A stretch of 64,000 nt of DNA. Origin: an uncultured virus (IMG/VR IMGVR_UViG_3300031132_000335) (Duplodnaviria > Heunggongvirae > Uroviricota > Caudoviricetes). Within the stretch, counting starts at the first letter, position 1. Every line of letters begins with the position of its first letter. The DNA lies in IMG/VR virus record IMGVR_UViG_3300031132_000335. The stretch is one strand, 5' to 3'. Shown here one piece after another: positions 20,367 through 30,445 of the stretch. A program made the translations under genes and the position numbers. The notes beneath the pieces were generated by a model that was given only the letters and a program-made list of their open reading frames with translations, had not been told where the DNA came from and ran no database searches.

Positions 20367-20798
20367 TTAGAGCTTCCAGCCTGCCTGTACGGCGAGCGCC
20401 TTTGCTTCCTCGGCTGCGGCTGCCCAATCAGGAGTGACATCAGCAGGAATGTTGAACAGGAAAGCAGTGGTGGACTGCGGGTAGATGCTGCGGGTGAACG
20501 TCAGGTCCTGGACGACTGCGTCAATGTTGTCCACGACCGCCTGGTTCTCCTTGACTCGCTTCTCAGTGATTTCTTTGAGAAGGTCAGCGGGTCCTCCCAT
20601 GCGAGCGAAGGACTCACGTTCGTTCTTCGCAGTCCACGGCTGCTCGTCCTCAGGGTACGAGTGCACGAGTTCACCCTTGTGCCAGGTGTAGCCGTTTCCG
20701 ATGACGCAGAAGAGGTGGTGCAGCACGTCTGCACGGGTCTTGAACAGCGTGGGGAAGCAGATGATTGCGGTGCGGATGGTTTCGTTAGCGGATGCCAT
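20367..20798 (-). CDS. hypothetical protein
   Basis: AAGGA RBS; good codon bias. Confidence 0.75.
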   Translation of the reverse strand: MASANETIRTAIICFPTLFKTRADVLHHLFCVIGNGYTWHKGELVHSYPEDEQPWTAKNERESFARMGGPADLLKEITEKRVKENQAVVDNIDAVVQDLTFTRSIYPQSTTAFLFNIPADVTPDWAAAAEEAKALAVQAGWKL

Positions 20799-20895
20799 GA
20801 TGTGGTTCCTTTACAGTCGGGAAAGCTTCTGTGTGCAGTGTAGTACAGATCAAAGCAGTAAGGCCCTCCCGTTTTTGAAAGGGCCTTACTGGGGC

Positions 20896-21063
20896 TTACC
20901 AGCCGTTCTTGATGGCCTGACGCTTGGCGGTGGAGCGAGTCCGCTGACGGTTCGGGCGGTTATCCTGCGGGGAAGCAGCAGAGGAAGAACGGAGACCGTG
21001 CATCGCGGCAGCGTACTCGGGGTTGGCCGTGGCGCGGAACTTGGTCGTCTTGGTGGCAGCCAT
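20896..21063 (-). CDS. 55-aa Arg-rich basic peptide, copy 3
   Basis: Near-identical to 8025. Confidence 0.9.
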   Translation of the reverse strand: MAATKTTKFRATANPEYAAAMHGLRSSSAASPQDNRPNRQRTRSTAKRQAIKNGW

Positions 21064-21239
21064 GAGATTCTCCTGAGGTTCTTCGGGAGGCCGTTCCTCC
21101 CTGATGACTCAACTGTACCACAGTTCCAGGCGCGCGTGTCAACTCCACAAGGAAACTTTTTCCTGGGAGTTGACTGGGATCAGACGGAGGAGAAGCATCT
21201 GCGTTGAAACCTCTCCTCTGAGTCAGTGGCTGTTGTGGG

Positions 21240-21368
21240 TCACCACTTCTCTTCCTGCATGTTGACGTTACGGTGTCCGTCCTGCTCGTCGTGGTTGTAC
21301 GAAGAGGTGCAGAGAACGCCAGCGTACTTCGGGTGCGGGGCGAGGCAAACTGCGATGTTGGTGACCAT
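21240..21368 (-). CDS. 42-aa Cys/His peptide
   Basis: MVTNIAVCLAPHPKYAGVLC..; class II leader. Confidence 0.65.
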   Translation of the reverse strand: MVTNIAVCLAPHPKYAGVLCTSSYNHDEQDGHRNVNMQEEKW

Positions 21369-21561
21369 GATGTTCTCCTACGGCTCTTCGGGAGGCTGTT
21401 CCTCCCTGATGAGTACAGCCTATCACGCTCGGAAGTGAGTGTGTCAACTCTACGGATGAATTTTCCTGAGAACTTGGCTGATGTGTTCACGTCTAAAAAA
21501 GACGAAACGTGCTGCGTCCTTTGGAGTAGATAAGACTCAACACGTGGAGGACTAGGAAGGA

Positions 21562-21771
21562 CTACTTCTCCTCAGCGAGGGCGAAGATGTCAGCGATGCC
21601 CTTGTAGAGCGCGTAGAACATCACACCCAGGGTGAGCGCTCCACCTACGATGAGGCGGAAGGTGTCCAGGCTGTCCTTACTCACGGCGAGGAAGATGTAA
21701 CCAAGGAGACCAAGAGCGAAGAGCGCGACGTACATGGAAGCGATGATTGCGATGCTCGTTGCCTTGGTCAT
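21562..21771 (-). CDS. small membrane protein
   Basis: Class II leader; two TM helices. Confidence 0.75.
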   Translation of the reverse strand: MTKATSIAIIASMYVALFALGLLGYIFLAVSKDSLDTFRLIVGGALTLGVMFYALYKGIADIFALAEEK

Positions 21772-21910
21772 GAGATTCTCCATCTGTTCCTGGGAGGCTG
21801 TTCCTCCTTGATGACTCAACTCTACCACTCCAACGGGCGTGCGTGTCAACTCCACAGGAGAACTTTTTCCTGGGAGTTGACTGGATCAGCCCGGAAGGGC
21901 CTGGGAGCGC

Positions 21911-22225
21911 TTACGCCTTGATAAGCGCGTTCACACGAGCCTTGGCATCTGCGACCTGCCCAGCGGTGAAGTCAGAGTGTCCAGGGACGATTTCGTACAG
22001 GTCAACTTCGGTGAGGTTGCCGTTTCCGTCCGTGTAGAAGAAGTACTTCATGTTCTGGAAGCGCTCTGCGAACTGGAAGCAGTTGACTCCACGACCACCG
22101 TAGCTTGCACGGTTGGTGAGGCTGCGACGGAAGTCGTACTTCTCCGAGTGGACGAGACCGACCATGCTGAGGATGTCAACCAGCTCGGTGACCGTCTCTT
22201 CGGTGAGGTTCATGTTCTTCGCCAT
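21911..22225 (-). CDS. hypothetical protein
   Basis: Cassette leader. Confidence 0.8.
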   Translation of the reverse strand: MAKNMNLTEETVTELVDILSMVGLVHSEKYDFRRSLTNRASYGGRGVNCFQFAERFQNMKYFFYTDGNGNLTEVDLYEIVPGHSDFTAGQVADAKARVNALIKA

Positions 22226-22351
22226 GGTGACTCCTGAGATTTTGCGGGAGGCTGTTCCTCCCTGATGAACTCAACACTACACGATCACGGGAGCCATGCA
22301 ACCCGAGACAGGAACTTTTTCCTGAGATATTCCTGAGATACGCTGCCTGCG

Positions 22352-22477
22352 TTACTTGCTGAACCCGCGGCAGGGGCAGTGGAGGCATCCATCACCCTCG
22401 CTGTGACCATGGTCGTATTCCTGGTGTCCACACTCGCAGACGGAGAGGATTACGGAACTCCCTGTGGTGTCATCCAT
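22352..22477 (-). CDS. 41-aa putative Zn-finger peptide
   Basis: CECGH..H..CLHCPC; AAGGAG RBS. Confidence 0.65.
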   Translation of the reverse strand: MDDTTGSSVILSVCECGHQEYDHGHSEGDGCLHCPCRGFSK

Positions 22478-22699
22478 GCTATTTTCTCCTTGCCTGTTTT
22501 TCTCTGATGGTCTGATGGGTTCAACGCTACCACAATTCAGAGCTGACATGTCAAGCTACTGCTGCTATTTTTGATGGGCTTTCTTCTGTCATGAGCTGGG
22601 TGAGGTTCTCGGTAAGCCCAGTGGACCTGGATGTGAGAGTGCGCGAAAAAAGACATGGCCCCGAACCTGATGTGGTTCGGGGCCATGTCTGAGCTGAGG

Positions 22700-22960
22700 T
22701 CAGTCAATCACTCGCATGATAACAACGTAGTTCTCGCCTGCTTCATCCAGCTCGGAGGAAACGATGTCGGTGACGACTGAGAACTGGTGGTGAAGAGCAA
22801 GCTCCTTGTCCTCCGCGACCCTTGCGATTGCAGCAGCCTTCTCAGGAGTGTCCACCTGCGCAATCTTGACCACAGAAGCGAGGCGACCCGCAGCGGCCTT
22901 GATGGCAGTGATGTCAGCAGCGGTGACACGAGGGATGATTGCGGTGGTGTTGTACGACAT
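22700..22960 (-). CDS. hypothetical protein
   Basis: AAGGAG RBS. Confidence 0.7.
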   Translation of the reverse strand: MSYNTTAIIPRVTAADITAIKAAAGRLASVVKIAQVDTPEKAAAIARVAEDKELALHHQFSVVTDIVSSELDEAGENYVVIMRVID

Positions 22961-23092
22961 GAGCTTGCTCCTTAGTTCGGATGTTGGTCTGTCTTGATCT
23001 ATGACGTTACACCATGTTGTTGGAAAACGCAAGTCCTGTAAGAAAAAGAAAACGGGAGCTAATGAATCAGTAGCTCCCGTTCCCCGAAGGGC

Positions 23093-23257
23093 TTACCAGC
23101 CGTTCTTGATGGCCTGGCGCTTCGCGGTGGAGCGGGTGCGCTGGCGGTTCGGGCGGTTGTCCTGCGGGGAAGCGGCAGAGGAGGAACGGAGGCCGTGCAT
23201 CGCAGCGGCGTACTCGGGGTTGGCCGTGGCGCGGAACTTGGTGGTCTTGGCAGCCAT
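23093..23257 (-). CDS. 54-aa Arg-rich basic peptide, copy 4
   Basis: MAAKTTKFRATANPEY..KNGW. Confidence 0.9.
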   Translation of the reverse strand: MAAKTTKFRATANPEYAAAMHGLRSSSAASPQDNRPNRQRTRSTAKRQAIKNGW

Positions 23258-23437
23258 GATGTTCTCCTGGAAGTCTGTGGGGCGAGTCCTTCTCGCTCCG
23301 TTGATACCAGCATAGCACGCTTCTGGGCGCACGTGTCAACTCCCAGGGAAACTTTTCCTGGGAGTTGACTGGATCAGGAGTGGGACCCCGTTGGAGCTGG
23401 GGTCCCATCGTCCTCAGATGATGCCGAACAGGCTGCA

Positions 23438-23755
23438 CTACGACTGGGACGGGACCTTGTTCTTGGCCTGGTGACGAGCCTCAGCAGCGGCGCGGTCCAC
23501 GGTGAAGCCACCGAACGTGGAGCGGAAGAAGTCAGCAAGGTCAGCCTCCGAACGAAGGGCACGGGAACGGCGGGGGCGGGAGGAGTTGATGATGGGCGCG
23601 CCAGCGGCGAAACCGAGGGTGAAGACCTCCTCGCTGGTGCGAGTACGGCTGTTCTTCCATGCGACACCCTCAGCGAGAGTCTGACCGTCCACGGTCATCG
23701 TACGCAGCGGTGCAGCAGGAGTGGGACGAACGCTGTTGGAGGGGATGAGAATCAT
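23438..23755 (-). CDS. basic hypothetical protein
   Basis: Variant cassette leader. Confidence 0.75.
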   Translation of the reverse strand: MILIPSNSVRPTPAAPLRTMTVDGQTLAEGVAWKNSRTRTSEEVFTLGFAAGAPIINSSRPRRSRALRSEADLADFFRSTFGGFTVDRAAAEARHQAKNKVPSQS

Positions 23756-23894
23756 GAGGGTTTCTCCTACGATGTGGAAGGAGGCTGTTCCTCCTTGTTG
23801 AGGACAGCCTACCATGAGGATGAGTGTGTGCGTCAACCCATTTCCAGAATCTTTGCCTGGGAGTTGACTGGATCAGCCCCGAAGGGCTTGGGAC

Positions 23895-24104
23895 TTACGC
23901 CTCAATCTCGTTGAGAGCGAGACCCTTCCAGAGACCAGCGATGGCTTCCACCTGGTTGGCCCCGAGACCCATGTTGTTCTCACGGGCAATCTTGCGGACA
24001 GCCTCAACCGAATCCAGGCTGTACAGCAGGGAGAGGAGAGCGGAGTACTCAGCGGTGTTGAAGACGACGGTCTGAGTGGCGTGGGGGCGAACGACAACGG
24101 CCAT
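23895..24104 (-). CDS. hypothetical protein
   Basis: Cassette leader. Confidence 0.75.
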   Translation of the reverse strand: MAVVVRPHATQTVVFNTAEYSALLSLLYSLDSVEAVRKIARENNMGLGANQVEAIAGLWKGLALNEIEA

Positions 24105-24298
24105 GAGATTCTCCTGAGGTTCTTGGGGAGGTTGTTCCTCCCTGGTGATACCTACACTACACGATCACGGGAGCTGTGCAACCCGAGACAGGAACTTTCT
24201 TCCTGAGATGTTTCTGAAATTAGCGCTACATGTCTTGGTACAAACAAAAAGACATGTAGCTGGTAAGGGTTCAGATCAGCCCCGTAGGGCTTGGGGCC

Positions 24299-24544
24299 TT
24301 ACAGGTCGTCAGCGGTTCGGAAGTACCCGAGCGCCTTCTCTCGCTTCATTTCCAGGCGAAGCATCTTCTTCGTGTGCTTGATGTCAGCTTTGAGTGCCTT
24401 ACGCTCAGCCTTCTGCTGGTTGCGCAGCACCTCGTCAGCGGTGGGGATACCAGAGCAGCGCTCGTACGTGTTGTAACGCATGTTGCCCACGTTCACGTCA
24501 TGCTTCTTGTGCGGGGCAGTGATGTTGCAGTTCTTGTGGACCAC
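24299..24544 (-). CDS. basic hypothetical protein
   Basis: Cassette leader; GTG start. Confidence 0.75.
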   Translation of the reverse strand: MVHKNCNITAPHKKHDVNVGNMRYNTYERCSGIPTADEVLRNQQKAERKALKADIKHTKKMLRLEMKREKALGYFRTADDL

Positions 24545-24707
24545 GGTGTTCTCCTTGGAGTAGTTCTACGTGGGAGGCCCTTCCTCCCTGGCAGGACCAA
24601 CACTACACACATCTTTGTGTAAGTGCAACCATTCCCCGAAAAGTTACTGGTAAAAAGACGAAAACCGATCAGCCTGCGGGGCTGATACACTCCCGCAGGC
24701 TCCTTGC

Positions 24708-25313
24708 TCACTCGGCTTCTGACTCCTGGACGTAAGCATGCTTGTTCCAGAACGCGTACGCCTCATCCCACTGCTCCTGCGTGTACTCGCGGTACGTTCC
24801 ACCCTTGTCGTGGTTGGAGTTGCGGAGCATGGTGGTCGGGTGCATCGGGGTGGACTTGTGCAGCTGCGCGTTCACCGCGATGATTTCCCACTCAGCGTTC
24901 GTGGTGCGCTCATCATCCTGTGCCAGAACATCCGCGCGGTAGCAGACAACCTGAACGAACTTTGCGGGAGGCTTTACGCCGTCCATGACGCGTGTGGTGA
25001 CATCTTTCTCACCTTCCTGGCGAGCGTGCGTGTTCTCACGAATCAGGTGCGAGTTCTCGGGCGTGATTTCCGCGATGCAAGTGAAGAACCCTTCTGCGGG
25101 AACATTCACCAGAATCACGTCATTGTCAACGCTGCCCGTACCAGGCTCAAAATCGTCACGGTGCTTTGTGACAAGAGCTTCCAACTGCTTCCAGGTGCCT
25201 GCGTAGTACGAGTTGGAGCCGTATCGCTTGTTGAACCCACGGACAAACTCACCTGCCTGGAACTTGTCCTTCACGACCATCTGGCCGTGGGAGAGGGTGA
25301 GGGTTTCAGTCAT
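24708..25313 (-). CDS. DUF3228-like protein
   Basis: PAKFVQVVCY..AEWEIIAVNAQ..PMHPTTMLRN..GG pattern. Confidence 0.65.
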   Translation of the reverse strand: MTETLTLSHGQMVVKDKFQAGEFVRGFNKRYGSNSYYAGTWKQLEALVTKHRDDFEPGTGSVDNDVILVNVPAEGFFTCIAEITPENSHLIRENTHARQEGEKDVTTRVMDGVKPPAKFVQVVCYRADVLAQDDERTTNAEWEIIAVNAQLHKSTPMHPTTMLRNSNHDKGGTYREYTQEQWDEAYAFWNKHAYVQESEAE

Positions 25314-25459
25314 TGCTTGGGTCTCTTTCTTTTTGAACAGGGAATTAGTCTGACAGCATTAGTGTACCAGTACAGCTGTTATTCAGCAAGAGGTCAAGGG
25401 AGAAGAAAGAGCTGCAAGCCTGTCCGTAAAAAGACATGACTTGCAGCTCTTGAAGAGGG

Positions 25460-25789
25460 TTAGACCTCTGCTGTGGCGTACAGGGAGTGGAAGTAATCGT
25501 TGTATGCCTTGATGAGCTGAATGATGGAAGCGTTGACCTTCTCCACCTTCTCCTTGTTCTGCGCCATCTGGTGCTGGTCGTAGACGTACGGGACGCTCTG
25601 CGCGTTCAGGTACACCTTGTAGGAGCCGTGCGGTCGGCCTGGAAACCAGAACTCGTAGAAGTTCGTGGTGTACAGCGCGTTGAACAGGTTGCTCGTCTCG
25701 TAGTCACGGAGACCAAACTCCTTGCTGATGGTGACAGCGATGTCCTCAATGAGCTTGTTCTTCATCTGAGTGATTTCACTGGGGTGCAT
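25460..25789 (-). CDS. hypothetical protein
   Basis: AGGAG RBS. Confidence 0.75.
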   Translation of the reverse strand: MHPSEITQMKNKLIEDIAVTISKEFGLRDYETSNLFNALYTTNFYEFWFPGRPHGSYKVYLNAQSVPYVYDQHQMAQNKEKVEKVNASIIQLIKAYNDYFHSLYATAEV

Positions 25790-25900
25790 GATGTTCTCCT
25801 GATGAGATGTTTTTGCGGGCTTGTTCGTACTCACTGTATCACGGATCAGGTGCAGTAGCTGCTGTTCCTTCCTGAGAAAAAGCCGGCTACTGGCTGAGGT

Positions 25901-26119
25901 TTACGCCTGGTGGAGCGTCTGAGCTGCCTGGAAAGCCTCCTGTATCGGGAGAATGTACGGGTGACGTTCTCCGCCCTTCACAACGATACGACCTTCATCA
26001 TGGCCGTCTTCCACTGTGATGATGACTTCATAGCTGCGGTACGCGGGGAGGATGTTGCCGACAGGAACAACCTTGCGGACCTGCTCGGGAGTGACCTTGC
26101 TGAACGTTGCTGCGAACAT
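25901..26119 (-). CDS. hypothetical protein
   Basis: Variant cassette leader. Confidence 0.7.
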   Translation of the reverse strand: MFAATFSKVTPEQVRKVVPVGNILPAYRSYEVIITVEDGHDEGRIVVKGGERHPYILPIQEAFQAAQTLHQA

Positions 26120-26255
26120 GTTGTCTCCTTGGTGCTGTTGGAGGCACTTCCTCCTATGGATCTAACCCTATCACGGATCAAGTGGGAATGGGGGAGTCAA
26201 AAAAAGAAGAGAGCTGGGAACCTGTTACGAATTCCCAGCTCTCTTCTTAGAAGGT

Positions 26256-26693
26256 TCAGCGCTTGCGAAGCTCAGCTTCCGTCATACCCTTCTTGACCGT
26301 GCGCGGGGAGAAGGTGACCGTGCGGGTGTAAGAACGGATGTTGCCCGTAGCGTAGCGACCGATGGCCTTCCAGCTGGCGCTACGCTCGTCGTCCTCTTCA
26401 ATCCAAATGGTGGTCGGCTCACCCTCGTCAAGCTCAGCGTCAGGCTCCGAAGCAAGCACGTCGTATTCGTACTCCCAGACCTCTTCGGTCTTGTTCTGGA
26501 ACTTGTAGTAGTCAGCCAGGGGGGTGAGTTCCCAGCTGTTGACACCAATCTTCGCTCCGACAGGGTTCAAGCCGTTGATGACTGCCGTGATGGTGATTGC
26601 GGCGATTTGAGCTTCGGTGTCCTCGTGACGGATGACGCACTCGTACTCGTTACCACCGATGGTGCGGACGTGGTGGGTGCCGTACTCAGCCAT
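26256..26693 (-). CDS. hypothetical protein
   Basis: Class II leader. Confidence 0.8.
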   Translation of the reverse strand: MAEYGTHHVRTIGGNEYECVIRHEDTEAQIAAITITAVINGLNPVGAKIGVNSWELTPLADYYKFQNKTEEVWEYEYDVLASEPDAELDEGEPTTIWIEEDDERSASWKAIGRYATGNIRSYTRTVTFSPRTVKKGMTEAELRKR

Positions 26694-26890
26694 GAGGACT
26701 CCTTGGGAAGTGGTTCGGGAGGCTGTTCCTCCCTGATGAGTACAGCCTACCACGATTCAGATCAGTGGTGTCAAGCCCCTCGTGTGAAAAAGTTTGAGGA
26801 GGTTGACACCAGCTGGGGTTGTTCAAATCTTGTCCGAAAAAGACGAAATCCCTCACCGTAAAAGACGATGAGGGATTTCGGAGAGAAGAC

Positions 26891-27184
26891 TCAGATGGTG
26901 ACGTACATGCCATGCCAGAGCTGACCGTTCTCGGGCAGGGTGCGCAGGAAGTGGTGGATGCGGTCCACCTGGTAGTACGCCTCCTGCTCCAACTCGGACA
27001 TGCTCAGGTCAGCAACTTCGTTGTGCGCCTGACGGGCAGTGTTCTGCTCTGCCCCGTCATCCCCGACGATAGACATGATGCCGTAAGAGTAGTTGAGTGC
27101 AACCAGGAGGGCAGTACGGTCCTTGATGTGAGCTGCATCCAGGATTTCAGAAACCGAGTTGGTGAGGCGGGTGGGGACGTTCAT
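26891..27184 (-). CDS. hypothetical protein
   Basis: AAGGA RBS. Confidence 0.7.
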   Translation of the reverse strand: MNVPTRLTNSVSEILDAAHIKDRTALLVALNYSYGIMSIVGDDGAEQNTARQAHNEVADLSMSELEQEAYYQVDRIHHFLRTLPENGQLWHGMYVTI

Positions 27185-27306
27185 TGTCTGATTCCTTCAC
27201 GGTGTTTGATGTAGATAATGGGTTTGAGCGTACCACATCTTTCGCAGCTTCGCTCAGGGTTTACAGATCATGCTCATGTCTTCGTGAAAAGACATGAGCA
27301 GTTGCC

Positions 27307-27555
27307 TTAGCGGCGGAACTTCTGAATGATGCTGTGAGCGAAGGCAGAGCCTGCCAGGAGAGAGGCGGATGATGCCGCGATGAAAACAGTTGCGAGGATG
27401 AGGGTCAGGAAGACCATCAGGAAGCCGTCCGTGTTGGAAGCCACTGCGCGGAGAAGTCCGACACCAATCCAGAGGATGATGGAAGCGATGGTGAGAGCCG
27501 CACCGAGCCGAGCCATCTTGACGACGTTGGTGGTGGGGAGCGTGAGGTTGGTCAT
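27307..27555 (-). CDS. membrane protein
   Basis: Two TM helices; AAGGAG. Confidence 0.7.
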   Translation of the reverse strand: MTNLTLPTTNVVKMARLGAALTIASIILWIGVGLLRAVASNTDGFLMVFLTLILATVFIAASSASLLAGSAFAHSIIQKFRR

Positions 27556-27745
27556 GGTTTCTCTCCTTCTGTGTGTTCGGTTGAACAAGTATCAGCCTAC
27601 ACACCTTCAACCTCAGGTGCAACCCGAAACAGAAAGTTTTTCCTGGGAGCATGCTGAGCATCCCGTTCAGTCCGAGCAGGGCTGACAGGTAAGGATCAGA
27701 GAGGGGCTGGAACAGTAGCTTGTGCTGTTCCAGCCCCTCTCTTGA

Positions 27746-28036
27746 CTACTCCGTGTAGTTTTTGACAGCCCACTCTTGCAGCTCATCGGCGAACTTCCGA
27801 GCTGAGTCTGTGTCAAAGCTGGACCAGAAGATGAAGCGACCGAGGTCGTCATTGTACGTGTTGAGGCCAACCTCACCATTGATGAGGCGAAGCAGGTCAC
27901 CCTTGGTTGCCTGCTCAGTGTAGGTATCCTCGTTCACGTACTCGCCCGTGGCGCACTCCGTGCAACCGCAGCCCTTCGGGTCCACAGCGAGGATGTCAGG
28001 GAATGCAGGGGTGTCATCGGTCTCACCGTAGTACAT
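27746..28036 (-). CDS. hypothetical protein with GCGCTEC motif
   Basis: AAGGAG RBS. Confidence 0.75.
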   Translation of the reverse strand: MYYGETDDTPAFPDILAVDPKGCGCTECATGEYVNEDTYTEQATKGDLLRLINGEVGLNTYNDDLGRFIFWSSFDTDSARKFADELQEWAVKNYTE

Positions 28037-28142
28037 GGTGATTCTCCTTGGTTTGAGTCAGGGAAGCTCCCTGTTGTTTTCAATGCTACCTGATCGGTTC
28101 AGGATGTGTCAACCCTGAACGCTGTGTATCAAAAAGTCTGAG

Positions 28143-28322
28143 TCAGCTTCGGGAGGTGCTGACGTTTCCGCGAAGCTCGTCCATGCTCATACTGAACGGC
28201 TCAGCACGAAGCTCCGCCATCGTGATGCTGAACGGTCGCTCCTCCTGGCCCTGACGAAGAGCGGCCATGCTGATGGAGTACTGGCGACGGGGAGGAAGCA
28301 GGAAGTTGAGGAAGCGGCGCAT
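28143..28322 (-). CDS. 59-aa peptide with three (F/Y)SxxMxxLR repeats
   Basis: AAGGAG RBS. Confidence 0.65.
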   Translation of the reverse strand: MRRFLNFLLPPRRQYSISMAALRQGQEERPFSITMAELRAEPFSMSMDELRGNVSTSRS

Positions 28323-28554
28323 GGTTGTTCTCCTTGTAGTGAGGTGAGTTAGCTCCACGCTACTCTATGATGAGGTAGAAAGAAAGCTCAATCAGTCAGT
28401 TCTCAGCAATTCTTTCGTCTTTCTTAGACGAGGTGTTCAAGTAGGTTCGTAAACCCGAGTTTACTTTTTCTGTCTTTCCAGCTCAGATGTCAGAGGTGAC
28501 GAGAAAAGACATGAGCTGCGACCTTCTCTGGTCGCAGCTCATGTCTTGGAAGAG

Positions 28555-29094
28555 CTACTTGCTGTTGTCCACCTTGAAGTCGTTTTGGTCCGAAATGGTT
28601 CCCTTCGGCACGTAGAACTTGTACTTGCTCTGGAAGTCAAAGTTCGTTCCAGGCCACAGTAGCGGGTGGTCTGCGGTGAACTTGATGATTTCCACGTGTG
28701 CTGTCTCAGTGGTGGCGGTTTCGTAGATGCGAGCCTGCTTAGCATTCACCTGACGCAGCTCGTAGGAGCCGTCCTTGTTGTGCTTCACGAAGTAGATGTA
28801 CCGCTCATTGCCCACGTAGCCGTAGTAACCGTACAGTCCGCCACGTGTATGGCCCTCAGCGCCGCTGGCGTTGCTCATCGCGCTGATGTTCATGTTCTTC
28901 GTATAAGAACCGTTCGGGGTGTTCATCACAGCAGTCTGGACGATTCCCACGCTGGCAAGCAGCACAAAAAATGCCACGATTGCAGTCCACAGCCAGCTGA
29001 GGAAGCCGTAACCGAAGCCCTCTTGAACCCATTGATATATTCCATACACGACTGGCACAATAGCCAGGATGAAGAAAATGATGGTGAGCAGCAT
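28555..29094 (-). CDS. membrane protein
   Basis: Two N-terminal TM helices plus soluble domain. Confidence 0.75.
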   Translation of the reverse strand: MLLTIIFFILAIVPVVYGIYQWVQEGFGYGFLSWLWTAIVAFFVLLASVGIVQTAVMNTPNGSYTKNMNISAMSNASGAEGHTRGGLYGYYGYVGNERYIYFVKHNKDGSYELRQVNAKQARIYETATTETAHVEIIKFTADHPLLWPGTNFDFQSKYKFYVPKGTISDQNDFKVDNSK

Positions 29095-29175
29095 TGCATT
29101 CCTCTTTCTGCTTACGTTTGTTCTTTGTTTGAAAGATCAGCATAGCAGAAAACGTCTCTGCTACGCAAGTGTTAC

Positions 29176-29541
29176 TTAGAACTTGCCGTACTCCACCGCA
29201 CCAACGTTCCAGCGGTACTGGCGAACCCGTGCCACGAATTCCACGATGTCATCCTTGTGGATGGTGTAGGCGTGGTAGTTGCCACCCATCGCGCTGGTGT
29301 CCGTGCGAAGTCCCTCGGAAAGGTTCGGGGTGTTGCCCAGGCCCGTGAGGTAACGGGAAGCGTACTGGGTCTGCTGGTTCAGGAAGTCGTGGGAGACCTC
29401 GCCGAGCATGACCATTCCGTTCTCATCCTGCTCCATCTGGTCCAGGAGCTTCTTCTGCTCGTCCGTGAGCTGGTATGCCGCGTCAGTGGGGACAACCGTG
29501 GTCATCTCGTCCTGCTCGTCCTGCTGGCCAAAACCGAGCAT
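29176..29541 (-). CDS. hypothetical protein
   Basis: Cassette leader nearly identical to that of 7211. Confidence 0.8.
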   Translation of the reverse strand: MLGFGQQDEQDEMTTVVPTDAAYQLTDEQKKLLDQMEQDENGMVMLGEVSHDFLNQQTQYASRYLTGLGNTPNLSEGLRTDTSAMGGNYHAYTIHKDDIVEFVARVRQYRWNVGAVEYGKF

Positions 29542-29728
29542 GATGTTCTCCTTGAAGGGGTTCGGGAGGCTGTTCCTCCCTGATGACTCAACTCTACACG
29601 ACTCCGAGCCGAGCGCAACACCAAAACCAAACTTTTTTCCTGAAAGATCGCCGGCAGTAGGGGTCCCATCTGAGAGCTGATGGTGTACACTGAAAACATC
29701 CCGCTCGTATGAGACTAAGGAAAAAGAC

Positions 29729-29833
29729 ATGTTCAAGGACGTTTGCTCTGGTTGTGGTTCTGAGAACCCTGAGGTAGATGAAGACTTCTACACCTACTGC
29801 TGCAATGAAGGCACGCTCACCCAGAAGGTCTGA
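29729..29833 (+). CDS. 34-aa Cys-rich peptide
   Basis: MFKDVCSGCGSENPEVDEDFYTYCCNEGTLTQKV; AAGGA RBS. Confidence 0.55.
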   Translation: MFKDVCSGCGSENPEVDEDFYTYCCNEGTLTQKV

Positions 29834-29906
29834 CCTGTCAGAACGAGACAAGGGTGACCAGCTCCCAATTCTGAGGAGATGGTCACCCTTTTGCTATTCT
29901 TGGATC

Positions 29907-30095
29907 ATGATGACAGCCCCTATTGTGACCTATATCCTGTTTGGATTCTTCGGCATTGTTTTTGTGATCCTGCTCACCTTGATTGGCTCAGCATTAGGAA
30001 TCTCGTTTTTCCTCTCCCTCGTTGGAGCCATTGCACTTACAGGCATAGGCATTTGGCTTGCACTTGTCTTCTATACAGAACCACCCGTTGAATGA
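29907..30095 (+). CDS. small membrane protein (leaderless)
   Basis: TATTCT-6nt-ATG; two TM helices. Confidence 0.6.
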   Translation: MMTAPIVTYILFGFFGIVFVILLTLIGSALGISFFLSLVGAIALTGIGIWLALVFYTEPPVE

Positions 30096-30151
30096 GTTCA
30101 GCCCTCCCAGAATGTTCTGGGAGGGCTGAACTTTTTAGTTGAGGGGAGTGC

Positions 30152-30445
30152 TTACCACTCGCGGTTGAGGTCATCCTCGGTGAGGTTGAAGCTCAGGGCC
30201 TCGTGGGTGATGCCACGGACGACAGCGATGCTCTCACCCTGACGGTACCCACGAACACGGTGGTAGTAGTCAGCGAACTTGTTGAACTTCTCCGAGTCCG
30301 TGAGGGTGTCATCCGTAAGGATTGCGTACACCTTGCTGTGAACGCTTTCCTGGGTGAAGTTCGTCTGCTCGTAGTGCCAGATGAGGACGTTGATAAGTCC
30401 CTGGGTGAGCGGGACCATCGTCTTGGATGCGGTTGCGGTCGCCAT
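30152..30445 (-). CDS. hypothetical protein
   Basis: Cassette leader. Confidence 0.8.
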   Translation of the reverse strand: MATATASKTMVPLTQGLINVLIWHYEQTNFTQESVHSKVYAILTDDTLTDSEKFNKFADYYHRVRGYRQGESIAVVRGITHEALSFNLTEDDLNREW

